A DNA stretch of 57,996 bases, filler included, from Sphacelaria rigidula (GCA_964200075.2; 5 parts of 5 records of this genome joined end to end with filler, not necessarily neighbours in it), one strand, 5' to 3'; counted from the first letter of the whole stretch, positions 12,345 through 26,080 are shown. Translations and numbers: made by a program. The notes: generated by a model from the letters alone, not told the origin.

Positions 12345-13021
12345 ACATGTGTGCATTCTCGTCAAGTCTCAAACTGCTCGTTGTAGGCAAAACAAGCTAT
12401 CTCGCAGGCGAATTTTGGTGCATTTCTTTTTGTTTCATCGTCTCGTCAAGAAACAGGCTTACCCAACGTACATCCCAGCATGGTCATTTTAGATTCTGCT
12501 CGTGGGAAAAGCGAGTCAAAATGTCTGCGACATGGCGGGTAGTAACGCGGTAACTTGCGTGGCACCCCACCCCTTATTTTTAGATACTTGGAAGTATACG
12601 TTTGTTCTTGTGGCTGTCAGTAACCCTGACGTCTGAAATTGTGTGACACCTGAGCATACCGCAACTGTCACACCCAGGACAACAGATGCCATCGTCTAAA
12701 AGTGTACTGCGTACAGAGTGGAATCTATTGTCTGATGCGATAGACGCAATAGTCGATACTGTACGCAGTACACTTTCTGACAGTCTGATCTACTGTCCAG
12801 GGTATGAACTATACGTGTAATATCCTCATATTGTGGCTACTTCTCTGCAGCTATACAATATTACAGATGTACGAGTACTCCCATGTGTTGAATGTGTTGA
12901 AAGTGACGGTCTCTTGGGTATGCCATGTCTGTACATCGGCTGCAGGTCGTACATTTTCTGTAAATTGTAGATAGTGGGTTGTAGATTGGGGGGGGCGATG
13001 CCTTCCTCGGCCTCGATTGGT

Positions 13022-13136
13022 CTCTTGAGTGGCACTGCACTACTGTACTAGTGGTTATAAACTTTGAACAGTCCGATTATCCTCTTGAGTCGCACTGCAC
13101 TACTAGTGGTTATCAGCGTTGAACAGTCCGATTGAT
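13022..13136. repeat. About 60-bp tandem duplication
   Basis: ctcttgagt(g/c)gcactgcactact...gtggttat...ttgaacagtccgatt occurs twice. Confidence 0.75.
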
Positions 13137-14699
13137 CTCTGGGATTGTATCACTCACGATCACGCTCGAAGAGTTCGCACACACGTGTATGTACCCGAGG
13201 TTCTGGCAGGAAGCAGGTATTCTAGCGTGATTGGCTCGACTGGGCGAAGCATATATATGAAGATGTCCACGCACGGTACTGTCAGACCAAGCGTAATCCA
13301 TGCCCTCGCAATGGTAGTGTGCAGTGTGCACCATACCAGACTATTGAGGCTACCGGAGGTGTCTGAGATGAACAAGATATCAGCTGCGCAACTGAAACTC
13401 AAGCAGTGAAAGGTGTCGTGTGCGCACCCCTCCCCTTCCTCGGGAAGAGTCCGTGGTCTCAAGGGACCAACCCATCTGTCCCCGGTACACGCCTTACATT
13501 TTGGTCTCGCGGATTAGGTCATGACTATCAGCACTCCCGCACCGCGTCAACGCTCGCCAAACAAAGTCAATCGACGACGTGTTGTTTGCTCACGTACGCA
13601 CGCTTTCGACGGTAGGAATTAGATGTTTCAAAGAAGAAAACCGACACATCGGGAACCGAACCCGCATTCTCTCGCCCATCCATGAGTCAGTGTAACCCGT
13701 GGCTGCCTATGGGAGTGTCGATGCCAGAAAATGAAGCAAATATTTCGAGGCTGTCATCCATTTGCAAGATAATCGGCACGCCTCGGGCCGAACAATCTTA
13801 CGAGGCAGAATGCAAATGACCCGTCACGCTACCCGCCGAACACATCACCGCGCTCCCTGCTTGGTGATTGAGCCTGGTCCGACGACGACCCGGCGTGCTC
13901 CGTCTCGGCTTTGTAGGGTTGCGAGGTCAACGATCTCAGGACTATAGCACGCGATATCATGAGTAAGTTCCCCGCCCGCTTGTTCTCTCCGACACGTCAA
14001 AAAGTGGTATCCGAGCGATATTACGATACGATACATGATGCACAACACAAAATGAGATACTTTGAATGGGAAATGACTGTCGGCGGCTACGGTGACTGAC
14101 CCCTTGTGAATACGCTCCCAAGACTCACGGAGTGTGTGCTGTAGGCCTCTTAATTTTTTTCACGATGATGGTTCAGTGACAGCAGCAGCAGCCGCCCAAG
14201 ATGTCTTTTTTTCAACAACAACGACCTCGCTTGTGTTGATTGCACTGTACCTTGTTGAGGATATCTCGATCTCGTATGTTTTTTATTGCTGCTGTGCAAC
14301 TGCTCATCAGTGAACCGTTGTGAGGATCTACCCTGCAGCAGTGACACCCGTTCAACGAACCGTGATTGACACCAATGGTGGGGATGAGCGAGATCCGCAA
14401 AAAACGGACGGCGATAGAAAACGTGGATCGGGCGTCGGTAGTAATCTCGGTAACATGTTTTCAAGCTGTCCATATGCGCGTCTCGACAGCACACCAACAC
14501 AATCGAGTTCATTTTGCTCTCCTCCGTTTTTTTTGTGCGGAATATTTCCCTGCCGAAATCATCCAGCAGCGGAAGAACGCGGGCAGGATACTATATTGTG
14601 TACACGCGCTGTAAAATCAGCCAGAGCGAAAGTATCTGTACATACGATCACACAGAACGGGGACTACTCCCTCGCTTGGAAACCGGACTACTGGCGAAG

Positions 14700-15107
14700 A
14701 TGTTCACCCGAAAGCAAAGGTGGCGGAGGGTCCGCATGTCGAGAGCGACTGGCTTGCAAGCGGCCGACTACGCTGCGATGTTGGGCGCCCATTATGACCC
14801 TCGGAGAACGGCGTCCGCAGGGGCGATGTTGCCGGCGCAGCAACGAGCACCATCATCTTTGTCGCTGTCGTTACCGTCGTCACCCAAAAGCAACGACAGC
14901 AACAACAAGAGCAGTAGCAACGGAGACTTCCTGTTATCCTCCCCCGCATCGAATGGTTGCATCACATTTATCAAGCCGGCTGCGGCATCGCGGGGCTCGT
15001 CGGTCACAGGCACCAATAGCAACGACACGGATCGTGACACCGCCACCACCAACAGGAACAGCAGCAGCAGTAACAGCAGCAGCAGCAGTAGCAGCAGCAG
15101 CAGTAGC

Positions 15108-15168
<61 letters not shown>

Positions 15169-15562
15169 GCAACAACAGCAACAGCAACCACACTGACGTC
15201 ACTGGCTGCGCCCCCGACTCCGGCGCTGCCGCGGATACCCCCGCCACCACCTTGGCATCACGCCCGCGCGCATGGTCTCTGGATGCTTGGAGCACACCTG
15301 GGCTAGCAATCGTTCGATTTTTTTCGGGACTGGGCGCCGGTGAACGTAGGGCACGATTGAGAGCGAATACGGAAGGTGGCGAACGGGGCGGCGACGGAGA
15401 TGCGGCGCGCGGCTGTACGACTAGCAGCAGGGCCGACCAGGGCAGAAGGGGAAACGTGAGGTTCAGTCAGAAGATTCGGGTGGTGTTGGTGCCATCGCGA
15501 GGCGAGATGAGCCCCTTCAGATCCGACGTTTGGTGGGGGGAGAAGGACTACTTCTATTTCAG
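14700..15562 (+). CDS. Exon 1 of a hypothetical low-complexity protein (about 756 aa) with a PP1-docking-like RVxF motif
   Basis: ATG at 14700; open frame with poly-S/N tracts and RRGNVRFSQKIRVVLVPSR...VWWGEKDYFYF; donor AG|GTATGT at 15563 (phase 2). The start is uncertain (alternative ATG about 14736, or an upstream exon). Confidence 0.65.
15058..15187 (+). repeat. Compound (AGC)n/(AAC)n coding microsatellite
   Basis: Direct reading; encodes poly-Ser then poly-Asn in exon 1. Confidence 0.95.
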
Positions 15563-16463
15563 GTATGTGCGTGCGGTGTGGTGCATAACAGTACATTCGC
15601 CGGGGAAACGTAACGCCGCATAGCTTGCTCTCGTCCTAGGCCTTGGATACTACGTACGCTCTCATCTCCAGGCTAGAGCCTCTTCTTCTTGTCGATATTC
15701 TACAACAGCGCTGTACCGTCTCAAGAGGGTGGTCGCTTCTACATCCATGTATACTGTCTCGTTAAAAATTTTGTGCTGCACGACCCCACTTCTGTTGTAC
15801 AAGGCTGAGGATCTTGGTGTGTGCTCAACTTCCCGACAAAACCATGGGGGCGGGATATCGCTCCTGGTGGCATGAGCGGTCACCCCTGATGTTTCGCGGT
15901 TTCGGTGTTCAAACGATTTGAAACTGTACACTGAACACGCTGGTAATTTGCAGAGATCGCAATGTGCTTTGCGTTGACGTTTCGTTTCTGTTCCCAATAC
16001 GAGGAGGCAGATGATTGTTGTATCGCCTTTTCGAGCACGTTTTGGTATTGTCCATTCAAATCAGAATCCGTTATTTGTTCAAATCTCTGTACACCCCCCG
16101 TAATCGTTGTGTTAGATTGTAGCACTCTCCACCCCTCCTCTCCGCAGGAATTCATCGCCTCCATACAGCAGTGCGTTGAGATTGCTCTGGCAAATTCTCA
16201 CGATTTATTCCGAGCAGACGGTTCGCATGCAAAACGAGCTCTCCTCCGGTAGAACTGTTACGGTACGAAACCCGCGCCTTGCCTGCTACTTGCTCTTGTT
16301 ACTGTCACGACACTTCCCGTACGTACCCCCCTTATTAAAAACACGAACGGCCCGCATCCACCCACCTTTTCCTCCCATTGCCCTCCGTTTTCATGTGTTG
16401 CTGGTGTCGCTGCTGGTGCGGGTGCTGGTGCTTTTGTTTTTGCTTTTCCCGACACCACACCAG

Positions 16464-17213
16464 GCGGGAGTATTTGATAGCAACCCGCAAGCAGACGTCG
16501 ATCGACAAGGATATTGCACGCCGAAAGAGGTCGAGTAAGATGGCAGGGAGGTATACCCTCGAGCACGACGACGTTGACGACAGCGACGGCGACGATGACA
16601 AGAACCATCATGATGACGCCGATAGTGATGGAAATGGCGCCGATAGTGGTGGCGGCGATGACGATGGCGGTGATAGGACGGGAGGCCACCCGAGACGTGT
16701 GCGTGATACAGGGGTGGGCACCCGCAGCGGCAACGCTTCTGTTGCGCAGCCGCCCCCGCCCCCGCCGCCACCGTCGCCTACGTTGGAATCGGAGCAACGG
16801 TCGTTCGCCACCGCGCCGGGCGAACTGATCACACTGGACGAAGAAAATAGAGGAGAGACTGGGCGCCTTGTCCTAGATGCTTCCGCAGATGTCGGTAGTG
16901 ACGAGGGTGATGTGAGTGGTGAGGGTGGTGAAGGTAGCGGGAAAAGCTCCAGGAACGGCGTTGCGCTGCCGGCAAGATTTGTCGACGATGATAACGCGGT
17001 GGTGGAGCAAACGGGCGAAATATACCACGGTGACCTCAGGCGGAAAAATGCACTTGACACTACCGGCGCTACTGCTGTCGCCATCGGTCGTGTTGAAACG
17101 CTACCGCGGGCAGAATGTCCCTCGCATTCCACTCATGGCCACTACAACGGCGACGCAGAAGCAACGCCTCCGGACAAACCTTTGACAGCACCCTCGACAA
17201 TTAAAGCTACCTT

Positions 17214-17261
<48 letters not shown>

Positions 17262-17871
17262 GGGTATTGAGACGGCCGCGCTTGTCGAGAAACGTGGCGG
17301 CGCCCAACAGGGGGAGGGAGAAATAACGGTGCCGGGAAACGACGTCAATGACGACGGGAACGTGATGAACGCTGAGAAAACGACTCGTATTTTCGATCCC
17401 CAAGGGGCCTGCGGTGGCAGCCTCACTGGCGCCGGCGATAACGCCGATGGCTGTCGCACGGTAGCAGACCAGGAGACCAAGAACAATCTTGAGCCACCAC
17501 CCCGACCGGCGTCGGTATCAAGAGTACCGTCGAGATGGCGGGCGCTGATGGATGAAGTTACAGCAGTGGAAACGAACGGCGTAGGCGGCGTCATTGGAGT
17601 GGGATTTCCCTGGCGACCCGTGGGCACCTCCTTAGGGGCACCAGCAGGGGAGGAAGCAAGAATCCCTGGAGTGGCGGTGGCGGCTGCGGCAGCTGCGGCA
17701 GCTGCGGCAGCTGCGGCGGCTGTAACGAAAACGACGGTTAGGGGTGATATCGAGCGGCGCGGAAACTACCGTAGTGAGTCGCCTGTGCTGCTCAGGACGG
17801 GCGGTCCGTTAACCCGCACGCCGTTGCCGTTCCTCGGAAGCGCTCCAATTCGAAGGGTGTCCTCCCTTTGA
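16464..17871 (+). CDS. Exon 2 of the hypothetical low-complexity protein
   Basis: Pyrimidine-rich tract and CAG|G acceptor at 16463; phase matches exon 1 (…YF-R-REYLIATRK); 1.4-kb open frame to TGA; GT-rich 3' UTR-like sequence follows. Confidence 0.65.
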
Positions 17872-18795
17872 GGGCCACGAGCGAGAGACCGCGTCTGTCG
17901 CGTCTGTGTTTTGTCTGGGTGTGCCTGTGTCTGTCATCCCTATTGATGTTCGCGTGTCTATGTATGTTTGTGTGCCTGCGCTTGTGTTTGTGCCTGTGCC
18001 TGTGTGTCCCGTGTGTTTTCACGCCTGTGTGTCTGTATGTCTGTGTCGGCGTGTGTGTGTCTGCCCCTCGAAGTTCGCCTGTTTTAGCTGTATCGGATGT
18101 AATAGAGCGGAGAGGTGGAGCAGGTGGCGGGGGCAGGGAGGGTTGTGGACGGCTCTGATTTGTGTGAGCGGTCGAGGGTGGTGAGGTTTCTCGCTACTGT
18201 GTTGTGCGAGAGTAAACCCGACCCATTTCCACGGGTTTTGCGTTTTTTTCGACTGCGCAATGTGTTCTCGTCGTAATCTACCGTTGCGTTGAGACCACGC
18301 CTTGCTTATATATATATATATTCATGTACAGGCTGCGTATAAGTAGGCTCTGTAGCATGTTATAGCATATTCGGCGGGGAGAAGATGCATTTTTTTTCTC
18401 CTCTTGTCGTTTGTGTGCGCAATGCGGCGGTCGTATCAGTTGTGTGTCTGGGAACGTGTTAGCGCATACAGTAAGACCAAGTCGATCTCTTGTGTATATC
18501 AAGCAGATAAGGTAATGTGTTGTCTATGTAGGTGAAACAACTATGTTGTGTTACACAAGTCTCGAGTGAGTTCCTGACCAACGGCAAGCAAACCAGAACA
18601 AATTATATAAGTGTGTGGATGTCGTCTGGTGTCCCGTGCGTACGTTCGAGCGAGGTTCTCTTCATTTTTTTTCTCTCTTTGTTTGTTTCGTTCATGTTTC
18701 GTGGTCATCAGACATCTCATGGTATAATAACAGTGGAGTTGTGTACTCTTCTATATCATGCGCGCGTGCTTTTCGCTCGTCTCCTCGACGCAACG

Positions 18796-18831
<36 letters not shown>

Positions 18832-19179
18832 TTCGCCCCCCCCCGCCTGTCTTCGCCTGTTCTTACTGTTTTTTGTTNNNNNNNNNNTCAGGCGGGCGTG
18901 CTTTTCCACCGTGGCCATGGGAATGCCCCCCCCCCCCCCCCCTCCCTACATAGGTAACATTTTGAGGCAAGGATAGGATATTCGCACGTGTGTGTCTGTA
19001 TGTGTAAAGTCTTCAATCATATGAAGGCTCGGTACCTCTACCGGGTGAATTTTTGCCTTTTCAATACACCCATGACACTGCCATGGTTCATGAATGGTTG
19101 AACAGACGTGTTTCCGATTTCGATCCCCACCAGGTATCGTCATCTGTCGACATTTTTGGGATGGGCGAGAGTTGAAATA

Positions 19180-19235
<56 letters not shown>

Positions 19236-19475
19236 TCCCCTCCCCCACTCTTTCAATNNNNNNNNNNTCCCCTCCAGTTATCGTCTTCTGTCGTCTTTTT
19301 TTGGATGGCTGGGTGTTGAAATATCCCCCCCCTCCTCCCCCCCCCTCCCCCCCCCTCCCGCCCCAACGCTTTTTTTCGCGCACATGATGATTCGAATGTA
19401 TCTTTTTGAACGATTTTGAACTGACATGGTCACGTTTTTGTACCATGCTCTCTCGGCTGCAACTATCGCGCACGG

Positions 19476-20757
19476 TTAGCTAGCTAAGCCCATTAGGCAA
19501 ATTTTGGTGGGCGGGATTCGTCTTGTTTTTGTTACTTGTTTTCGTTTTAGCTCGGGAATTCGTCCCCTGTTTTTGGTTGGATGTACATGAAATAGTCGTA
19601 CTCCGGTGAAAACCGATGTCAACGTGGAAACATATGTGAAAATAACAGGACAAGAAGAAAAAAGACGAGAACATATATACCCTGAATTAGCCTTAGCCAT
19701 AGATGATGTGTGTACGTACGAGTGCGTGAGTTTTCATGTTCCATGGGTGTGTGTGTGTGTGTGTGTGTGTGTTTTGTGTGTTTCATCTTAGGCATTTTCG
19801 TGATCCATTTCACGTATCGCCGGACCGGACCGCACACTACACTTTTTGAAGTTTTTTTTTCATGTTGAAAATTTGGTCGAGCAGTCTGTGAGTGATCGAT
19901 TATCTTCTGATTTGCTGTGAGAAATGTGTGGTATGAGTGACGCATGGTGGATGTAAGGGGGCTAGGGGGAGAGGGGAGGGGTTACGGTAATGCATGATGT
20001 CGTAATGCTATACGGTACTGGGTGAGTGCTGTGCAGAGACGAGGAGAATCATGCGCGCACATGTCATACGGCACCACGGTTTCCTGTCAGCCTTTTGACT
20101 CTGTGCCTTGCAACACAACCTTGTGATGATTGGGGTTGATGGCGGAGACGGGGTCATGTGGGTCCATAGTCGCGAACCTGTCCCGTCTGCGTGTGTAGGT
20201 ACGCCCGCCTTGCGAACAGGTATGGCCACACATGTTTGTCTAACGAAACCCCCGCGTTCTGTAGCTGCTGGGTGTCATATCTGTCGGTCTACCTACACTA
20301 CACCGTTGTACGTTTTTATCTGCTTCCCAATGCAATGCTTTTGTTGTTGATGTTTTTCACGTCGTCGGTAGTCTCTTGGTTCGTGTTTTGTCCCCTTATA
20401 CGTGTGTGTGTTGTGCGTGCCTGTTGTTGTGTGGTCTTACCTTGTTACTGTATGCCGTTTTGTTTTGTTTCACACTCTTTTGCTTTTGTTGGTCTTTTGA
20501 TGTCTTCGAGTCATGTGTTCGTGTGTTCGTGTGTTCCTTGGTCCTTCGCTTGAGAAAAAAAAAAGAGTCTCTCGCTTGTTTTCGTCGTGTGTTTGGGTTG
20601 ATGTGTGTTACCCTCCGAATAGCGCAGGAATGTCCAGCCAACCCGAACATTTTTGCCGACTGTCGCATGTCTTACACATCATAGGGGGTTGTCTAGCCAG
20701 TCAATCGCCCCATAATGGGCACTCACCATTTTTGCGGTCGGCTAGCTAGTCAGCTAA
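19476..20757. mobile_element. Possible non-autonomous TIR DNA transposon
   Basis: Left TTAGCTAGCTAAGCC...GCAAATTTTGGTG; right end reverse-complement TTAGCTGACTAGCTAGCC...GCAAAAATGGTG; non-coding interior. Confidence 0.4.
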
Positions 20758-21611
20758 CAGATCTGTGTATATTTTCAGTACGGCTCAAGGCAAAATGGGT
20801 GGTGCGCACGATATCGTGCGGTTATGTCAACACGTGTAAAAAAGAATCAATGATGGGCGGTCAATCTCGCTTGTTTTTTCTATGGCTGTTTCATCTATCC
20901 CTGTGGTGTTGAGGTGATGCTCTCGTAGCCACTAGCAACTTTTTTTCCCTTCTTCTTTGCTGAATACATTTATTTCTTGTCTACAGCTGCTGCTGGGGTA
21001 ATGATCGGTCGCATTTTACCAGAGTTTTTTCTTTTTAGTTTAAAGAGGCACTTGTATAGTCACTGCCTTATTCTAGTGCCATTCCCCCCTTTCGGGATTA
21101 TTGTTGTTCCTCGTGGAGTGATTTTTTCCATGGGGCGATATCCTTTCTCTATGGTAGCGAGTACTAGGTTCTCCCGTGATATATGAACGCATGAGAAGTT
21201 TGCGGTAAAGGGGCACGACTCTACTCTAGTATCTGTTATTCTACAATTATCAGTGGATACATCGGGTTTGATTCTAGCATTATCCTTTTTTATTATTCAT
21301 ATTTTTAGGACTCGCACGATCTGTATGTTGCGCAGACGTTGGCGGGCTGTCTCGTAGGGTCAAGGGTGGTCGCTGTGTGTGGTGTCCGCGTTGGTGGTTT
21401 CTGCTGCTTAAGTCGTGCGCTGGCGTGTTGTATGTGACGTCTATACCTTGAATAGATTCAAAAGTGTGCCGCAAAACGTTATTACCAAGCTCGTGCACTG
21501 CGCTATTGCAAATGAATTTCGAGTACCCGTAGTGCGTGTGCGGCGTTTTCAGACCATAAATGACGGTTCAGCGCTGTGGTAAAGTTCCCTCTCCCGTGCT
21601 TGTGCTTGATT

Positions 21612-21644
<33 letters not shown>

Positions 21645-23140
21645 CTCGTTATTGCTGCTGCTGCTGCTGCTGTTTTGTGTGGCTTTCGCGGGTAGGCACG
21701 TGCTCTCCGCTGTGCGTTCTCTGTGTTGGTGTTCTGTTCTGTAGCGGTTTCTCCTCACAGGATGAGTCGAGTGGCGGAGTATGACCACTACAATACTCGA
21801 GAGTGATTGGGCAGTCATTCATTGTCAGCACGCTTACTTTATCTACATGTTTGCGCTATAAACACGCACGCACTCCATATGCATACGCGAGCGAAATACC
21901 GTGCTTTTCAGAAGACTAGCCTGCACTGCACGTGCTGCAGATAATTTACTCGTCGAGAACGTTCGTGTGATCCGTAATCTTTGTGCTGATTTTGTTGGTG
22001 GGAAAAAGGGACGGAGGTTCAGGCAAGTCCTGCATGCACCGGTCTTTCATGAGTATTGACGACCCGCCAGCACAAAAATGTTAATTCCAATCCAAAACAG
22101 GGAGCGATGACAAGGAACCAAATGTCCAAATGTCGCTCTTGATTATAATCCGTCGGTGTTATACAGGCTGGTTTAACCTAGAAACGGGTTTAAGCTCTCG
22201 GAGCAATATCTCATCGACACAGATAACTTGGGCCGTGATCCGCAGGTTGTATTCATCGTCTAGTGAAGGGGAAGGTGTTCATCTGCTCAAAAGTCTGGGC
22301 ATTTTTTTGTTGGTTAAACACCATGCCTAGAGTAATTCCTATACCGTACGGAGACAGCGTCTATACTAAACTCTTTGTGAATCCCCAAACGATTGATGGA
22401 GCGGATGGCGACGATATTTGGTGTGGACATTCCCTAAAGCACGAGGAGACGACAGATGCCCTTACCTTCACTTAATTAGTTATGTATCTCGAGATATGGC
22501 GCACATAAGATTCTATACTAAAATCAATGTATTACGAGCAGAGACATTAAATACACCAAATCTGGATATTGCGTCTCAGCTTTTGAGAGTGGTGCTTTGA
22601 GATTTCCTATGGAGAACTGCTGGTGCTTGATATATAATAATAATAGTAATTTTTTCCTCATTTTTTTTTATTATGTTTTCCCCCCATCTTTTCCGTTTTG
22701 CTAGGCGAGTCTTGACCCTTTTGGGACTGAAGCTCACTAACACCATGTTCACCATGTGTTGTTAAAATAATAATAAACAAGTCTGGGAGCGACCTGTCCA
22801 ATCAAGGCGAGGCGGACTTTATCGACCACATCAGAACGACCCGTGGAGGGGGGCTGTCGCGGAGAGTGATGTCACTGCAAAGTTGGTGTACCCTGTCCCT
22901 AGCCCACAAAAAAGCCTTCGAAGCAAAAAAAAGCCCAAGTTCTCGGGGCTGGGATTCCCGATTTTTTCATCGCTTACTTGCATTTTATGTACGCCCGACC
23001 TCCCATCCCCCGACTTTTTTTGGGTCACCATCCTATAGTAAACACTAGTTGATAACACTAACACGTAGTTCTAGGGGGGAAATTCGGGAATAAATGTACC
23101 CTGCTATATATGTGGTCATGTTCACAAGGCGACTGAATCT

Positions 23141-23240
23141 NNNNNNNNNNNNNNNNNNNNNNNNNNNNNNNNNNNNNNNNNNNNTTAATTAATTAANNNN
23201 NNNNNNNNNNNNNNNNNNNNNNNNNNNNNNNNNNNNNNNN
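23141..23240. other. Artificial contig linker
   Basis: N44-TTAATTAATTAA-N44. Confidence 0.98.
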
Positions 23241-23300
23241 CATACACCGAAAGGTGTAGACTGGTGCCCAGAATAAATGGGACGACAACAACAACACACA
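23241..23300 (+). mobile_element. SINE 3' fragment (same family as 30984-31705)
   Basis: catacaccgaaaggtgtagactgg...agaataaatgggacgacaacaac...cacaca; opposite orientation to the other copies. Confidence 0.65.
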
Positions 23301-23726
23301 GTATAAGCGCGGGTACCTTCAGGATTCTGTTCCGCAAGATCCTGTCACAACCAGGCAATCTCGGCTCAAACGGAGTGAATCGACCCTGTTTATTATTTTG
23401 AGTCTAGTGTTTCGTGAGGTCAACGGGTTTTACTCCCGAACACACGTCGTGGTCCTAGCAGCTTTCCTCGAAGAAAAATATTTACCGGAAGAGGAGGACC
23501 GCTCGATGTTGGTCGGATATTCAACAAGTCAATCATGGACATAGCGGTGCTGAAACGATGCTCGTTAGTACAACGGTTTGCGAAGCCTCGTACACCGACC
23601 GGCGTTCTTGACGTTCTGCAAGACGTCTGTAACAGTTCAATGGTGGTGTACCCCCTTCATATTGGATAGTCTCAACGCAAAGCGCCGTGAAATATGATCG
23701 TCTGTGCTGTGTATTTTGTTTGTCAG

Positions 23727-23912
23727 GGCGTGGCGCACTGGAACCCACCAGAGGTGTCACTGGCGCTGCTTTCAAGTGATCCACGGCACGGCAGTGCCTT
23801 GGGCTCTACGAGCACTCACAGGTACGGGCCAGCGCTTGGACTGCCCGCTCTAAGGGAGGCGCTTGTGAGAAAGCTCGAGCGGGAGAATCGATTGGACATG
23901 ACTGACCAGGAG
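23727..23912 (+). CDS. ISS1: PLP-dependent class I/II aminotransferase, ISS1/VAS1-like; first visible exon (5' exon missing from the contig)
   Basis: CAG|GGC acceptor; GVAHWNPP...RYGPALGLPALREALVRKLERENRL matches the plant ISS1 pattern GVVHWQPP...YGPDEGLPELRQAL (recalled, not searched); donor GTTCGT, phase 0. Confidence 0.88.
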
Positions 23913-23965
23913 GTTCGTGAGCCTAGCCCCAATTTTGTGCGATACAGATAGGGAACTTTGTAATT

Positions 23966-24100
23966 TGTGTATGTGCGTCGCCATCCCATCTGTTCTGGAT
24001 TCTGGACCCCAGTCCACACCTTTCGGTATATGTAGACGTATCACCCGGAGTCACACAGGAGAGAGGTCAACATAGGAGATTTTTGTGCATTTTTTTTTCC
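23966..24100 (-). mobile_element. SINE 3' fragment in an intron
   Basis: cccatct...cagtccacacctttcggtatatgt...gtcacacagga...ggtcaaca, shared with the full copy. Confidence 0.7.
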
Positions 24101-24488
24101 AACCAACTTACCCAACATCTCCAATTGCGGCTGTGCTGACCCTTGATGTGATGAAGCCCAGAATGACAAAATGTTTACACTATCCGAATTTTGCAGTGTA
24201 CTATCAAACTGTTTATGTGTATCGTTTCCGTTTGCCGATTTCGTGTTGAACAGTCATGTTTCCGTGGTGGTGGTCATCTTCATTCCCCTTAAGTCAGCGA
24301 TTCGTCCACGAGTCGCACAGAAAAAAACTTTCATGTGTGCTTCAAGACAAATTGGTAACTTTACGACGCACATGAAAAATGTGGCTCAATCGGTTTGCTC
24401 AACCTCTTCTGTCATAGTGTGGATACTTGTAACTGCTACCGATTGGAGCAGCGCCATCCAGCAAACGCTGGCCACTACATACCGATTG

Positions 24489-24910
24489 AAGAGAAGGAGG
24501 GAGTGTACTCAGGATCTTGCATGTCATTGTCATACGACCATTGGCATCGCATCCATTGGCATCGCATCCCTACAACAGCCGGGACGGAGCACGCCGGGTT
24601 TTCGCCGAACCAGGCTTGCAGTCAATCACCGAGCGCGAAGCGCCGTGGTGTATTCAGCGAGCCGCATGAAGGGCGAGCTGCATCCTGCGAAGATTGTTAG
24701 GAAGAGAAGGGGAGGAGGGGGAGTACTCATGATCTTGCATGCCATAGGCATAGTCATATGACCATCGACCTCGCATCCCTTCAAAAGCCGGCACGGAGCA
24801 CGCCGGGCTTTCGCCCGACCAGGCTCGCAATCAATCACTGAGCGCGAAGCGCCGTGGTATGTCCGGCGAGTCGCATGAAGGGAGAGCTGCATCCTGCTAA
24901 GATTGTTCAG
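24489..24910. repeat. About 212-bp tandem duplication in an intron, with a partial third copy near 25215-25270
   Basis: gtactca(g/t)gatcttgcatg...cggagcacgccggg...gagcgcgaagcgccgtggt...gagctgcatcctgc...aagattgtt occurs twice. Confidence 0.85.
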
Positions 24911-25999
24911 CCCGAAGCCTACTGATTATCTTGCATTGGGATGAAAGCCTCCTATGGGTTACTTCACCTTCTGGCTTACACACTGCCTCATGGGTGTCTC
25001 ACCATTTGAACACTACGTGGTACGATCATCCCTTTTGTGCGGAGTTGAGGTTATCCCACCCCGCACAATATGATCTAGCTCGACCACCATCATGGTCACC
25101 GCGAAAAAAACGCAAGCGCGCATAAATAAAAATCGGTAAGCTGGTTGCCTAGCTCACGCAGTGAGTGGCGTGTTTTACAGCGTCATTGCCAACCGACGCC
25201 AAACTCATAGAGGATCCGCCCCTGCAAAGCCGGAACGGAGCACGCCGGGTTTTCGCCGGAGTGAGGAGAGAGGGGGGGGGAGAGACGTGGCGGGCTTTTG
25301 TAACATAAGTTTGGAGAAAGTTGTCTAATGGATGGGTTTCTTGGACGAAACTATACGAAGTGCTTCAATACATTCGGCCATACGCTCTGTATCCCGCAAG
25401 ACTTTTCTCTACGCCGCCCCTCTTTGCTTTTATCGGCTCTAGTGTACACTCCGTACTAGAACTGTAGGTTGTTAGCCTGCCAAGACTAGCTATTCGTTAT
25501 AGCGGGAAAAGCAGATAGTATATTCTTTCGTGGAATGTCTCTTGGTGCAGTGCAGACTAGACTTGCTGTATTGGTGACGTTAGTACGAAAGATCTTGTCT
25601 ATGTCGGGGCGTGATAATAGTGTGTTGGAGCGGCCCATATTCAAATGTCTGACCAGCTATCTCACGTATGTGCTGTTTCTGGGCTACCCACAAGAGTCTT
25701 AGGGAGAGAGAGTTAAGGTGTAGTGCACGATAGCGAGGCCTGGCAACGATACATCCAAAGGGTAGCGCTTTCCCTCACAGTCAACCAATGATGAGCAGAA
25801 CCCGTCGAATAGAGCAGAACGTACACGCAACCAATCGGTATTAAGGCTGTGGAGAGCAATCACCAGCACATGGCGCCGTCCCTCTTTCTCTCGCATCCGT
25901 TGGGGTTAGTCCTACGGCATCTATCCCACTAGTGCGTCATCCATATCTTCCCCCCCGCGAGTGCCCTGTGATTCCTTTACGGCGTTGACGATGCTGCAG

Positions 26000-26080
26000 G
26001 TTATGGTGACGGCCGGCGGTAACCAGGCATTTTCAATGGTGGCCATGGCTTTGCTGGATCCGGGTGATCGCGCACTTCTG
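26000..26080 (+). CDS. ISS1: ISS1/VAS1-like aminotransferase exon
   Basis: CAG|GTT; VMVTAGGNQAFSMVAMALLDPGDRALL; donor GTTAGT; phases 0/0. Confidence 0.9.

Noticed and set aside
14792-15295. Poly-Leu and poly-Val antisense ORFs that look like membrane proteins
   Set aside because: Reverse-frame translations of the (AGC)n/(AAC)n microsatellite.
19130-19365. Duplicated sequence plus poly-C on both sides of a 10-N gap
   Set aside because: The second copy looks like an error-rich re-read next to a homopolymer; likely an assembly artefact.
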